Source: Octopus vulgaris (taxonomy: Eukaryota). Taken from it: a stretch of 64,000 nt of DNA. A program made the position numbers and the translations under genes. Of this stretch, positions 13,071 to 27,190 are shown piece by piece. The stretch lies in contig OX597826.1 in assembly GCA_951406725.2 (NCBI GenBank), positions 2,790,001-2,854,000 of the forward strand. The letters are read 5' to 3'. Below the pieces are notes generated by a model. That model did not search any database, was not told the DNA's origin, and saw only the letters and a list, made by a program, of their open reading frames with translations. Position 1 is the first letter of the stretch. Every line of letters begins with the position of its first letter.

Positions 13071-14189
13071 TTTACCAGGCTCTTATATTGCAACGTGTTG
13101 AATTAAAAGATTTTTCCCACGAACAGCGCTATAAAGCCTGCAGCTACCAATATAGACGACAAATAACTCAGTCTGTTCGCATTACTATTAATATATTCGT
13201 TGAATTGACACAATTATTTAGTGAGAAAGTTTTCTTCACTAGTGAATGAGGCAAGTTTACAATTGTGAATATTGCTAAACTAAAGTAGTTGTGACTGCTG
13301 TGAAGTTATGAAATGCTGAATCGCATTTAAATATTTTACCTGGGGTAATGTACTAATTTCTATAGAGTTAAACATAAGAATTTTATGGATCATATTCTGC
13401 AACACGATTTCGATATCAATCAGGAGATAAAAAGCGGGCATCTTATTCCTTCAACGCTTATATGAAGTCCAATGGACAAATGCCGTTCATTGTCTTTTGT
13501 TAAAAATTGCGAATAGGAATATATTATTCCTCAAGAAACTGCTTCTTATAATTATACCTGTGTTAATTAACAATTGAATAGAAGGCGTTTGAAAATTCAT
13601 GGACAAAAAATGTAATTAAAACATATTTCTAGACATACAGAAACACTACCTTGAATGTATGTATATAAATATTTTTTTAATGAATACACGCATACACACA
13701 CGTGGACATAAACACGTATGTATGAACATATATGTGCATGGGTGCAGGTACGTGTGTGTGTTTGTGTGTTTATGTGTGAGTGTGCGTGTGCTTGCGTGTG
13801 TGTGAAGGTCAGGTTGTTTCGGAGGAGTTTATATGATAACTATTATTTCTGCGTTAACAGACACGGATTGAATCTCAAAGTTATACCTACATTACAAACA
13901 CATATATCACAAAATATTCATGCACACCTGTATATTCTCCAGTGTATTATCTACCTTTTCTCGTTCTTTGTCTCTGTAAATATTCTTGTTTGCCTTTTAC
14001 TCTTTCCGTCCGTCACCTTTGCTTATACCTGTCTTCTCTCATAGCTCCTCCTCCTAGCGTTCATAATAATTTTCTATCGTCTCGGCTTAACAGCCCTCAC
14101 CGTTTCTTTTTACTGTCTTTTTCTCACTGTATTGTTCTTGTTACCACTCTTATCCTCCGCAAAAAAATCCCAAATTTTATTTAAATTGC

Positions 14190-14640
14190 TTTGCGGGAAA
14201 GACTGTTTCAACGAGGTCATGTATTGTCCTTACCTTCGGAACGCGGAGTTGATGAAACAAGGACAACTGATGAAGGGAAATATTCTTTATGTTGCATGTC
14301 TCCTTTCTCTGTCAGTTATTTATCGTTGTTCGAAAAAGGTTCGTTATCTGTGTTTTTGGTTTATGTTTTCTTTTCTTATTGTGTTCAACATTTTGTGATG
14401 TCCTGTACCCATATATGCATCTATATAAACATATATATGTAGGTATGTACATATATGTATGGATATATGCATATATATACACATTCTTAATTTGTTCTCC
14501 TTATTTCTTTCTGTGTTCCTTTCTGTGGAAGGGCGTAGGCTCGAAACGTTAAAGACATTTTCACTTCCATAGCATTATATTAATACATTTCCTTGTTGTC
14601 TACACAATCTGTCTTCGTCGTTTTTTTTGTGAATTCTCCC
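14190..14640 (+). mobile_element. PLE-like 3' fragment (family H1) ending in (TA)n
   Basis: Homologous to 21193-21336, 34243-34341 and (minus strand) 52500-52718. Carries an HHR-like motif. Confidence 0.7.
14519..14554 (+). ncRNA. Hammerhead-like motif, H1 family (A6U core)
   Basis: CTTT-CTGTGGA-A-GGGC gtag GCTC-GAA-ACGT-T-AAAG. Confidence 0.55.
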
Positions 14641-14672
14641 TATATATATATATATATATATATATACAGGAC

Positions 14673-14702
<30 letters not shown>

Positions 14703-14706
<4 letters not shown>

Positions 14707-14995
14707 GATGTGTGGCCCACTTGTTTTACTCACGATCGCGAGAACGTGCTTTCGGTTCATAGGCCGGGAAGAGTGCTGTAAACGTTAGCAAAACAAGTCA
14801 TCACCCGTTGATCTCTGATCACTTCGACACCTGACGCATATTACACTGAGAACCTCTTCAGTCGACATCGATTTGATGGAGAGAGTGAGTTGATATACGG
14901 CACATATAAGTAATCACTAAAAACAAATTATTTGCTCAGGTCATTCGCTAAAACAAAAAATGAACTCTCATGCATCATCGACGGGAGAGTCCATC
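14703..14995 (+). mobile_element. Decayed tRNA-type SINE
   Basis: TGTGGCCCACTTG...GGTTCATAGGCCGG head. The 3' end CATCATCGACGGGAGAGTCCA resembles the end of 46806-47090. Confidence 0.45.
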
Positions 14996-15939
14996 ACATA
15001 TATACATGCATACATGTATTCATAAATACATACATCTATTACTTATGTGCAAAAGTTCTGTCTGTGGGTGTGTTTCTGGAGTTGTTAGCTACCTACTCCT
15101 ATATTGTTTTATTGGTTTTGATGAAACTTGACACGTGATTATAACCCATGTCTGGAAACATCAAGGCATAATCAGTGTTGAAAACATCGATAATAGGGCC
15201 CCTGGAAGGGATCCTTATATATATTTAATAAATTTTACTTTAAAAATCAAGGGAAATAACGCAAGCGCATCCTTATATATAGCCAAGGGAAATAACCCAT
15301 TTATTTTCCTAAATTATTTGGTAAAAATGAAATTGAGTATGCTTATTTGTTAGTATTTGACTGCTTGAGTTATTTTCGCAACTTATCCAGTACAACATTT
15401 AAACAAGTAAATAGTATTTTCCTAAACAACAGATCCACTTATTTCGGTTAGTGACTTATATACCAATACTAACTTCCCTGAGGGTAATATTCTTTGGGAA
15501 CGCACAAAAGCCCTTTTCAGAGATATGTACTTTGAATTGTTATTATCACGTATCTGATTAGCCTGTTATTATTTTAGTATATATACCTTATTAGTATTTC
15601 CTCCTATGTTCTATATACTCTGGGAACGCATTAAAGCCCTTTCGGGCTGCTTTATATGATTATTATATAATTCATATGGTTATCATATAACTGACTTCAC
15701 AATTTGGTTATTCATAACTTATAGGGAATTCCTAAAAAAAAGATCCTGCGTAAGACAGTTCGGTATTCTTTGTAAATGCACAAAACCCGTTTTAAGGGTT
15801 ACATACTTTGTATTGTTATTGCATTAGCGAAACAATTATGAGAACGGAACCAAGGGATAAGCCCCACTTTCCTGAGAATTAACGTGTACGTCAGCTAGTA
15901 TATTCATATATACATACATATAAACATACATATATATCC

Positions 15940-16046
<107 letters not shown>

Positions 16047-16131
16047 GTTTCTGTATGTTTGTGTGTTCTTGGCTGTGTAAGTGTGTGTGTGTGTGTGTGT
16101 GTGTGATTGTGTGAATCGTAAATCGTTCACA

Positions 16132-16673
16132 TTATTTATATGCCGTTAAGTTTATGTCCGGTGATAGAGTGATCAATGGTTTCGGATCCATATTATACGT
16201 CCCAGTCTTATGGACGTGTCGTCAGACTCTTAAGCCGAAGACGTATAACCCTTCAACTATGAAAGGCAAGAATTTGTTACGGTATTTTAGTTAAGTAACC
16301 AAAGAATAAATAATCCGGGTTGGCGAGGACAGGTTGTCTCACTTAGACCAGCTCATGTGGGCCAAAAGGCAGGGAGCTCTTAGGCTGCTTTTCTTTCTTA
16401 AGGACCTTTTCGGATCTTATCGATGAACGGGAAATTCCATGATTACAGCATGTAGCGTTTGAAATGGACGCGGGGACTGTAAATTTCCTGCCGAGAGTTC
16501 AGTAACTCTGGTTTGAGGAAGTCTTTGAGGTTCGTTGTTCGCTTAGCTATGTAAAGCTTGCAGCGTCCGCTCCTGTTAATGTAAGATCCCGACCGCTCTA
16601 TAATCCTTCACTTGATATCGTATGGAGGTTCCTTCACCTTTGAGACGCCATGTGTGACTTTCGTCTTTCCGTC
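16132..16673 (-). mobile_element. 5'-truncated PLE: GIY-YIG endonuclease C-terminus plus 3' UTR with HHR (Naiad-like)
   Basis: Minus translation HTWRLKGEG/PYDIK*RIIERSGSYINRSGRCKLYIAK...KPELLNSRQEIYSPRVHFKRYML. The clade label is from recall of the CxxC...CxH C-terminus. Confidence 0.85.
16166..16230 (-). ncRNA. Type I hammerhead motif with long stem II
   Basis: AGAGT-CTGACGA-[35 nt, TCCATA/TATGGA pairing]-GAAA-CCATTG-ATC-ACTCT. Confidence 0.7.
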
Positions 16674-17075
16674 TATATATAGCATAAAATTTATGTGGGC
16701 AGCTGGGTGCAATCTAAACAGTATAGACTAAATTTAGCTGTCACTAATTGTGTATGTATGTGCTGCAAGAGAACACATTGCTAGAAATAGCAGTTAAAAC
16801 ACTTATAGTTGCGAAAAAGCATATTTATGTTTGCTGACAGGGTAGATAAACACCTCATAAATAAGTGAAGCTACAGCACTGGAATGAAGCTTGAATACCC
16901 ACGCACACAGACACACATACACGTACCGACATATACACAGAGATATATAGAGAGAGAAGTGGAGAAAAAGAGAGAGATAGAGAGATGGAGAGACAGGAAA
17001 TGAAAAATAGACACACGTACTTAAATATGCGTATACGAACAGATTACACACGGGCATATGCGAATATATATATAA

Positions 17076-17300
17076 GAGGTAATGGTGTCATTGAGACCAA
17101 AAGATGTCAGGCAAAGCTGAATAAGTGCTATAGACAGACAATAGCTAAGTTCCAGTTTCGGTAATTTTGCGAATACGAGATCCAACGTTGGTTCTATGTC
17201 AGCGGGTGTATATAAGAATTTTTTGCGTAGTGTAGTTATGAGAACATTTATAAATGTTCTTATATTTACAGACATAGTTTTTTTTATCTCATTACACAAA
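17076..17300. repeat. (TA)n-adjacent interspersed repeat, second copy at 21407-21498
   Basis: Both copies share GAGGTAATGGT.TCA..GAGACC.AAAG.TGTCAG...AAGTTCCAG.TTCGGT and begin directly after a (TA)n tract. Confidence 0.75.
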
Positions 17301-17335
17301 AAATTCTTATACACACACACACACACACACACATA

Positions 17336-17390
<55 letters not shown>

Positions 17391-17934
17391 ATATATATGG
17401 AGAGAGGCAGATAAAGTGTGAGAAGGTGTAAGTTTGCTACATGGAAGTATATATTATAAATATTACTCGTAACGATCCACTTTCGAAATAAGTTTAATCT
17501 ATAAAACTCACACAATTTCTATTAAAAGTATACATTAGCATGTTTTGGAAAATTTGTATTGAAATTCAGCAGCTGCAATAAACGTTAACTTTCCCTGTTG
17601 TTGCATCATACTATCGCGACATATTCTTCAATTACTTGGAGATGCAGATTGTAACTGTTGACTGCAACTTTGCAACAAGACGCACTGAGTAACGCCACTT
17701 AACTCAAGATTGGCCTGCAGTGAAACACCTGTTCTCGTATAAATATTTGGATGACTAACAGAGAAAAAATAGCCGTGAGCATAATCAAAACACTTGCAAT
17801 CGCACAGTTGAATATACGCATGTACAACCAAATATATACACGTGTCATAAAACGAAGGGATAAATGCATGCCAATCATACTAAACGCTGATACATAAACA
17901 GATCCTTAGTCAGTCACAGATCTATAAGTACATA

Positions 17935-18340
<406 letters not shown>

Positions 18341-19371
18341 ATATATAGATTGAAAGAGAAAGAGAGAGAATTGGAGCGTGTATTTCGGTGTGCAGGTTTT
18401 TATATGTAAGCGGTTATGTTGCTGTCTGTTTTCTCATGTATGTGTGATCAATTGGAAGACACAGAAGCAATATAATATTTGCCGGATATATATATGTGTG
18501 TGTGTGTGTGTTAGTATGTGTGTGTATGTGTTTCTGTGTGTGTGTGTGTGTGTGCGTCTGTGGGCATATTTTGTATGCGTTTTCGTGTGAAATAAATGTT
18601 GGTCTGTGTTTGATGAAGGTTTCACTGCTGTCACTCAATGAAGACGTGTAATATTAGGGTTTTTTTTTTCTTCACACACACACACAACAATAGAGAACAT
18701 ATTCGAAGGTGTAACCTTACTAGGATTTAGACAACAACTTTTACCTTACAAGTGTAAGTTAAAGAAAACATAGCAGTTCATGTTTTCTCGGACCCGATTT
18801 TGCAGAAATATTACTGTTAATAAAGTGAAAAAACAAAAAGAAAAACGCGAAAGAAATGAAAACAATGAATAAAAACAATAATAAATTGTTAGAAAATGGG
18901 AAAATAATTACCTCCCAAATGAATAAATATTGCCATTTGGCTATAAAATGTCTAACAAGATCAGTAAGAAAAACTAGATCGTGTATGTATGCACCTCATC
19001 GGGAGTAGAAATTCTATCTAATATAAAATTGATACCGTTTGATATGGAGGAGTTTGCAGAGATATCAGTAGCTTAGTATAATGCTGTTCATAAGGCAAGT
19101 AGAAAAGGGATAGTCTAGCGTAATGGAATACAAAAGCCTGTTTGAGGAGTAACGTACAGGTGAGTTTCTTATTGAGTCCATTCAGGAGTAGGAGTCAAGT
19201 CTGGTAGATGTTATCAGTGAAACATCTTCCATCGTTTGAAAAAGAATAAATGGCACAAAAATAGCCAATAGAAATATAATATTTAGCTGTATCGGGGTTG
19301 GAGTGTCATGATGACTATACCATACAGATACACCGGTTGGTTCATTGTTTAACCAATGAACTAATCGACTC

Positions 19372-19404
<33 letters not shown>

Positions 19405-19518
19405 GAAGTTTGTCAATAACTTTTCGTTACCATTCGCCACATCATCAGTGAATATGACCTCTGCAATCCGGATCTGCTCCAGACAGTTGATAACGACAAA
19501 AGGAAAACAGGACCAGTA

Positions 19519-19733
19519 TCTTTTATTGTTTCACTTGTTTCAGTCATTTGACTGCAGCCATGCTGGAGCACCACGTTTAGTCGAGCAAATCGACCCAAGG
19601 ACTTATTCTATCGGCTTCTTTTGCCGAACCGCTATGTTACGGTGACGTAAACACACCAGCATCGGCTGTCAAGCGATGTTGGGGGGACAAACACAGACGC
19701 ACAAACATACACACACACACACACACACTCACA

Positions 19734-19793
<60 letters not shown>

Positions 19794-19965
19794 CATACAT
19801 ACATACATACGACGGGCTTCTTTCAGTTTCCGTCTACCAAATCCATTCACAAGGATTTGGTCGGCCCGAGGCTATAGTCGGAGACACTTGCCGAAGGTGT
19901 CACGCAGTCGAACTGAACTCGAAACCATGTGGTTGGTAAGCAACCTACTTACCATACAGTCACTC
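19519..19965 (-). mobile_element. SINE family B (tRNA head, internal microsatellite)
   Basis: Reverse complement of the 55007-55439 copy. Confidence 0.9.
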
Positions 19966-21030
19966 GACCCTCCTGAGAGACAGCAAAACATGTTTCTACT
20001 CATAGGTTTACATCAAGAATTCTGCAAACCAAATGCAAAACGAAATAGATCTTCACTTTTCTAAAAGTATAATATTTTTTATTCAAATTTTCTTTAGCAC
20101 TTATTTCCCATATTGAATTAGTATTTGTTTCATGTTGTATCTGTACTAATAGAATTTGAAATATTTCGTTAAAAAGTTATATAAAATATCAAGATAAACT
20201 ATTCAAAGAATATATCCTTTAGATTTCTTTATAGCTCTCTCTTTTTCACCGGAAGTTTTCCTATGTAAGACGAATAACGAAACACATGCACCGGGAGATT
20301 TATTTTCTCCGATACATAAATATTAAGTGAACGAGTGTAAAGAAATAACCGGATCTCTCTGCTTTACATATACCTTTGACATTCCAAAAAGCATTCTGGT
20401 TTTTAGCTGTAACAGTATTAGTAAAAGCTCAACTGCTTTTATTGCACGGGCCAACACTGTATTTTTACAACATATAATAATGACCTTTAGATTTTATGCT
20501 AAAGTTGAATGTCGGCTCTGGAGGAATTTTTGGATGTGAGCTATTTAGGAAAAGTAAAAGATAATAAAAATGTGATAAACGAAAGAAATATATAAAGCAA
20601 AAAAGCGAAGAAGACACGAGTGTATTCTTTATTTTCTTATGCTTCTTCGATATAGCCAGCATGTCATAAAATCTTATTGCAGTACACAGATGGACTGAAG
20701 GAAGAGTACACATATCGTAAAAGTAAAATATTCGTAAAATATTTAGTCATTACTTCGAGAAAAGTTTCTCTTCGTCTAAGGAAGAAAAGAGGAAGCCTAC
20801 ATATATCAGTTGTATTTTTCACAATATTTCACAAAACTTTCTTCTTAAATACAGAAAAATAGAGAGAAAATAATAGTTTCCATCGCAATTGAAACTGAGA
20901 CTTTGAGTGCACACATACATGCATACATACATACATACATACATACATACATACATACATACCAATCTATCTACCTGCCTACCTATATACCTAATTTTCT
21001 CCCTCCCTCTATCTAACTCTCCATCTATTC

Positions 21031-21069
<39 letters not shown>

Positions 21070-21192
21070 TATATACGCATATACATGCATATATATAAAC
21101 ATATTTATATACGCAAATACATACATATATATGTATGTATGTATGTTTGTATGTTTTTATACACACACACACACATACGCATATATATATAT

Positions 21193-21332
21193 TCCCTCCT
21201 TGTTTTTCTGTGTCCCTTTCTGTAGAAGAGCGTAGGATCGAAACGTAAAAGACTTTTTCTATTCCTGAGCGACTAATACATCTGTTTGTTTTGTACACCA
21301 CATGACTTCGTCTTTTGTTTTCTTTTCGTAAA

Positions 21333-21336
<4 letters not shown>
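21193..21336 (+). mobile_element. H1-family short fragment inside (TA)n, with HHR-like motif at 21216-21251
   Basis: CTTT-CTGTAGA-A-GAGC gtag GATC-GAA-ACGT-A-AAAG, with (TA)n on both sides. Confidence 0.7.
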
Positions 21337-21395
<59 letters not shown>

Positions 21396-21594
21396 TATAT
21401 ATGTATGAGGTAATGGTATCAGGAAGACCTAAAGGTGTCAGATAACGCCGAGTAAATGCTATGAACAGACTGTAGTTAAGTTCCAGGTTCGGTGATTATA
21501 TTCCTTTCTTTTCTCTTCTCTTCCTGTTTTTGATTTGACCTTACAAACACATTTCCAAATTTTAAGTCACTTCGAAAACAAAAAAAAAAAAAAA

Positions 21595-21935
21595 ACTCGA
21601 CTCAATAACACCGTTTACAAACTCTATGCTTGGAATGACCAATTTTAAATACGATTGGAACATACTCACAAGGTACAGGAATTTTATATGTATACCATTC
21701 TCCCTGAACAATGGAAATGAAGATACAATATCCCTGCATATCTCACGTCTATTTTCATTTCTCCACTTCACTCTCTATTTCATATCTTATCCAGAATAAC
21801 TATTGCTTAAACATTCTCTCATACCGTCTCCGTTGAAGATATATATAAAATATCCTGGAAACAGCTGTAAGACCTATTTATAGATGCTCTGAAATCTTTC
21901 ACAGGTTTGGAATATTATATCATTCTGCTAATTTT
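21595..21935 (+). mobile_element. PLE-like 3' fragment (family H2) with HHR at 21826-21873
   Basis: GTCT-CCGTTGA-A-GATAT..ATATC-CTG-GAAA-C AGCT G-TA-AGAC, ending in (TA)n. Related copy near 37279-37385. Confidence 0.65.
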
Positions 21936-22999
21936 ATATATATATCTATTTATGCATAGATATAGGTGATCTAGACAAAACATCTAATTTAACTTGTATG
22001 CTCTAATTATTATTTCTTACAAATTTTGCTGCTGCCGTTTATAGGTAACTGATATTTACAAGTACATCTGTGTGTACAGATATATACATATACTTCTATC
22101 TATACGTATATGTCTATGCATACATACACATTCGTGTATGAGTGAGAGATTAAAAGAAAAGAAGAGAAACACAGAGAAATAGAAAGATGGAGAGAGAAAA
22201 GAAGAGAGAGAGAGATGGATAGGGAGAGCAGATTGAAATCAATCTATAACACTTTGAACAAAAAGAGGGAAATATTAGAATTAGCTAATAAAAGGTTTAT
22301 AACAGAGATGATTGATATACAACAAGCCGTTCTGCTCATCACTTGAAAAAGTAAGATCCACTAATTTCTATGAATATCTTGTGAGAGTTATCTCCCCATA
22401 TGTTTCTTTTTAGATTAGATATGGTTGGCAGATAAAAGATATTTTTCATTGCTTATACCTTTCAGAGTAATAAGTCACTACGTTAGACATATGAGATATA
22501 TTATGCAGATTAAGTTTGAATGTAAATTCTCCTCATGATATAATTTCAGTGGTACTAAGTTTGATCTATTTCTTTATGTATATTACTTACAATTAAGTCT
22601 TATTATGTAATTAGAATTCTTGCTAATGAAAACAATTCTGCAGCAGCTACAGACTATTGTTGATATTTTCCTGGATATTCAATTAGCTAACTGTATTCCA
22701 GTTGTCTTGCTTGCATGGACTTAGATTTCAACGAGCTTGTATGCTGGTTTGCCTCCAAATTTTATGAGTAAATGTGTGTGCCATTTGTATCTAAGAAACT
22801 ATTAGTGGGAAAGATGCGTTGTCCCTACAATATTGTCGCGTAAAATACATTTTGTAATTGACTTACTTTGAGTGAAGAATAGAGAAGAAATTGTGACGGA
22901 GTGAAAATTTAAATCGCCCTTCCATCAGTGACTATATTTCTGTTAGTTCTTTAACCCAAGACATTATACGCCTCTCTCTCACTGCTTCTATCAGTATAC

Positions 23000-23250
23000 A
23001 CAGGAGGCGCTTTCAAAAGAATCCGACTTTATTTTTACGTGCCAAAACTCAAGTCGCGAGGGCAGAATCCTTAGTGTGGGAGGTGACGACAATTTTCATT
23101 CATTTGCAGGAATGATGGCGTCACCTCCTACTAAAAGAATGTTGCAACGCAATATTTAACACGGAGTGTATGTAATAAAAGAATATGAACAAAGAATATG
23201 AACAAGGTTTTTTTATTCAAATTATGCTACGCGCGTTTCCATAGCATCTC
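23000..23250. mobile_element. Possible mariner-derived terminal fragment
   Basis: GGAGGCGCTTTCAAAAGAATCCGACTTT resembles irritans-type TIRs. No partner end found. Confidence 0.3.
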
Positions 23251-24084
23251 TATTTATTTGTTCAGAAGTGTATTACATAATATGACTTACACAGGCAAAT
23301 CATTTCGTCAAACATTTTTAAACGTTGGGAATAAATTCTGTATGAATTCCAACAGAATATATTTGTAAACAATCTTACATATACCTCCCGGCTGAGGGAA
23401 CATATTAAATTTCAAGTACAGCCACTCAACTAGCGATTTAACGGTAAACAATGATTTACAGAAGTGGACATGTGATTGGATACTTTCTTTCCAGCACTCG
23501 TCCAGTGCTTCGTGTATATGTGTGTGCATGCCTGCCTGCCTGTGTGAATGATACTTGTGTCTAATGTGTACCAATTAACTTCACTGTCATATTTATCCTT
23601 TTATTCCAAATGATATCTTCCCTTACATCAATGATTGTATTATTTATTTTATTTTTATTTGTATCAATATTTTACTTGCGTTCTATTATGTTGTTAATAT
23701 GTGTCGTATTCCTTATCCATTCATTTATATATAAATGTGTATGCGCGTGTATGTACATCTGTATATGTGTATATATATATATGTATAAGTTTATATACGT
23801 ATATATGTATATATATGTATTAGTATGTGTGTGTGTATGTGTGTATGTGTACATATACATGTATTCTTTTAATTGTTTCAGTCATTTGATGGATTTTAGC
23901 TGAAGAAATCGATCTATTGACTTATATTTATAATCGTAGATATTACCCTATCGGACTACTAACGAACCGCTAAGTTACGCGCACGTATATACACGTATAT
24001 ACGCCCATGTATATACACCGGTTGTGAAGAGGACCATGTCACAGGGAAGAAGCTTTTTACCACACAGCCACACATGTGCATGCA

Positions 24085-24149
<65 letters not shown>

Positions 24150-24150
<1 letters not shown>

Positions 24151-24455
24151 GATAAGAAAGATATATATATATACCGATCTTATCAGGTGACCAGCATGGA
24201 AATAAGAACCTTTCAAAGGTAATAATTATTTAAAATTATAATTTAGGTTATCTAAGAGATACCTCCACGCTGGAAATGGCAGTCAAAACCTGACTCTAAA
24301 ACCACATTAAATGTTCATACAGCACCAGGATAGAAGACGAAGAGACAGAATAAACTAGCAAAAACTTACTGGATAATTCCAGATCAGGGATTTCTGGTTC
24401 TGCATAAGAAATGCTCTGCCTTCATCAGTGGAATACACTCAGAAATCACATAAAT

Positions 24456-24460
<5 letters not shown>
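24150..24460 (-). mobile_element. Short HHR-bearing element (family H3) flanked by (TA)n on both sides
   Basis: About 310 bp of non-coding sequence inside a (TA)n tract, containing a complete HHR. Confidence 0.7.
24376..24434 (-). ncRNA. Type I hammerhead ribozyme motif (AUC site)
   Basis: ATTCCA-CTGATGA-A-GG cagaGCAT ttctt ATGCagaa CC-A-GAAA-T ccctg A-TC-TGGAAT. Confidence 0.75.
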
Positions 24461-24513
<53 letters not shown>

Positions 24514-25019
24514 CATACTTACATATATGAACGTATATACATACATATATATGCACGTATTCACACAACCAGTTTAAATTGCCCGCCTTAAAACTCCTCA
24601 ACCGCCGTACTAACGATTCTGCCAGCCCGCCGCCTTATTAAACTTGTATAATAATAATAGAAATACAACAACACCAGCTGTTTCTTTGTATCTGTAGATT
24701 ATGAGGAGTAGCGGTACATCCTCAAGTGACTACGTCAACTGAGCATTGACGCTGAATGGTCTTTTTTGGTTTTTCTATCCAGGATTAGTAGCTTTAAAGT
24801 GAGATTCAGTCGGCGCAATGCAATCCCATGCTTCTCTATAGATTTGGAGGCCTTATTACAGAGGCTCTGAGCCAGTTAAGACGTCGACGGTGACCATTAA
24901 CTTGTAAGTTTAACATTGGTGTGGTCTTACAGACCTGGAGTACTCTGCCTACCCAGGATTTGCCAGATTGGTTGCAAAGATGTCTCATAGCTCTTTTCAC
25001 TTCAAAGGTATTCACATAG

Positions 25020-25838
25020 CATTTCTTCAATGCTCGTCTATCAATCTGGTAGACTTGCAAGGCACTTGTTCCAAAATTTACTTGTATGATACGAAAAATA
25101 CTCTTTCAATACTCTTCTGACCTCGTCTACAGAATCCATATTTTTTTCCATTAAAAATGTTTTGAAGACTGCGGAATAAATGATAATCATATAGAGAAAT
25201 GTCCGGTGAATATGGTGAGTGGGGCATCGTGTCCCATTCAAACTGCTCCAGCCTTTGGAATATCATCCTCGCTGTATGTGGCCGAGCATTCTCCTAATAG
25301 AAGAACACCTTTCGTTTTGAAATCAAAGATGGTCGTTTTCCGATTGCACGCAAGTGTCGATGAATGGTAGAATAACCAAATCCAACGTTCCCTGCTAGTC
25401 CTTCAATAGTTACGATGGGATTTTTTTCTACCAGGATTTGGAGGACGTCCTCGTCGAGCCCTACATAACTTCCAGGAGGAGGATCGTCTTCTAGGCTCTA
25501 GTTTCAGGTTCGGAATTTCTGGAACCACCGTTGAGGCTGGATTACGCTTGTAGTCCAATCCCCATATAATGCGTAAATATTTCTCCAACATTCGGGTGTT
25601 GCTTTTATTGAATTCATAAAGCAAAATAGGCCGAATAAGCTCCTTTGCCACTTCCATAAAAAGCCTTGATATAATAACTGCTAAAAATCGAACTGCTCTC
25701 CAGGAAACTTGCATTAAGATTAAGTACAAGTGAACATTACTTATTTAATAGCAAGTTGATGCACATAGTTTATCCCGTCCACCTCCGGCTTTTAGTTTAT
25801 GTAGTTGAAAGGAGAGCATTAATTCGGGAATGATCCTA
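25020..25838 (-). mobile_element. Decayed, internally deleted mariner (SETMAR/Hsmar1-like transposase remnant)
   Basis: MEVAKELIRPILLYEFNKS, ENARPHTAR and HSPYSPDISLYDYHLFRSLQN. The WVPHEL/first-Asp region is deleted near 25340. Only one TIR-like end (about 25815-25838), abutting (TA)n. Confidence 0.88.
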
Positions 25839-26184
25839 TATATATATACTCACACATACGCATAAATATTTTTCTATATATGCAATTCATAGAAGGGTGA
25901 GTGCGTGTGTATAACTATACCTTACGTATGATTCAAACTACACATACATGTCTTTCATTGAACGCATATGTATATACATGTATATGTTTGTGTGTGTACG
26001 TGTATATGTGCATGTGTGTATATATATGTGTGTCTGTATAACTATATATATATGTATATCTTTATATATACATAAATATGCATATAAATATAAGCATAGT
26101 TGGATATACATTTATACATTCATACAAACGTGCATGCCACTCACTCAAGAAGAACTTAAATAAACTGAAGTAAAAGCATAGATA

Positions 26185-26237
<53 letters not shown>

Positions 26238-27124
26238 TAAATATATATGTCCATACATACACACACACATATATATATATATATATGCATATACAAATAT
26301 ATACACACACCCATGTATATATACACATTACACATACATACATACATACATTCATATATATATATATTACTTATATCGGAGATAATACATTAGGTATAAT
26401 TTCGCCGTAATATGTTACTCTCCTTTCAAACAAGAACTTACTTAAACTAAAACATCTGTCTTTTATTACGTCGTAAGCGGAATATGCAATATAAAATGAG
26501 AAGAATACATATTCACAGATAAATATGTCAGTTTGGAAAGCGATGTACTTCTGGAAAAACATGAAATGATAAGATACGGATTTCCGAATGAAGACGCAAA
26601 ATTATTGCCATTCTGAACTGTCTCAGAGATTTTCTTGCCTGAACATCTGTGCTATAGACCAGATATTGGTTTCATGCAACATTTTTTATTGCTTATCGTT
26701 TATTGCCTTACCAATGCCAGAACAGCAAGCTGAATTTGATTCTTTTACTAGAGTGCCTATAGTAGCCACTCCGATTAATTTATAATTTTACCTAACGTTA
26801 CGAGGTTTCGTTTTCTGTCAAGTTGTTGGAATTGGTGTCTTTGTTTTTACCTTTCTTATAGTTGCATATCCACATATATTTTACATCATTGTTAATGATC
26901 AGCATACTGTTTTCATCTATCATAAAGAGAGCAATTAAATTCACAGAGAGGGAGAGAGAGATAGTGTGTGTGTGTGTGTGAGAGAGAGAGGGAGAGAGAG
27001 AGAGAGATAGAGAGATGGAGATTCACACGGAAAACGTACACATGTAAAGAGACTGTAGTACACACACTGCAACACACAAACGCGCATGTATGTCACACAT
27101 ACGTACACACACACACATGTATTA

Positions 27125-27187
<63 letters not shown>

Positions 27188-27190
<3 letters not shown>

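Noticed and set aside
19415-19452. Other CTGANGA hits (also near 14855, 42383, 46158, 51050, 55929 and 58528)
   Set aside because: They lack a properly placed GAAA, stem III or stem I, and such hits are expected by chance.
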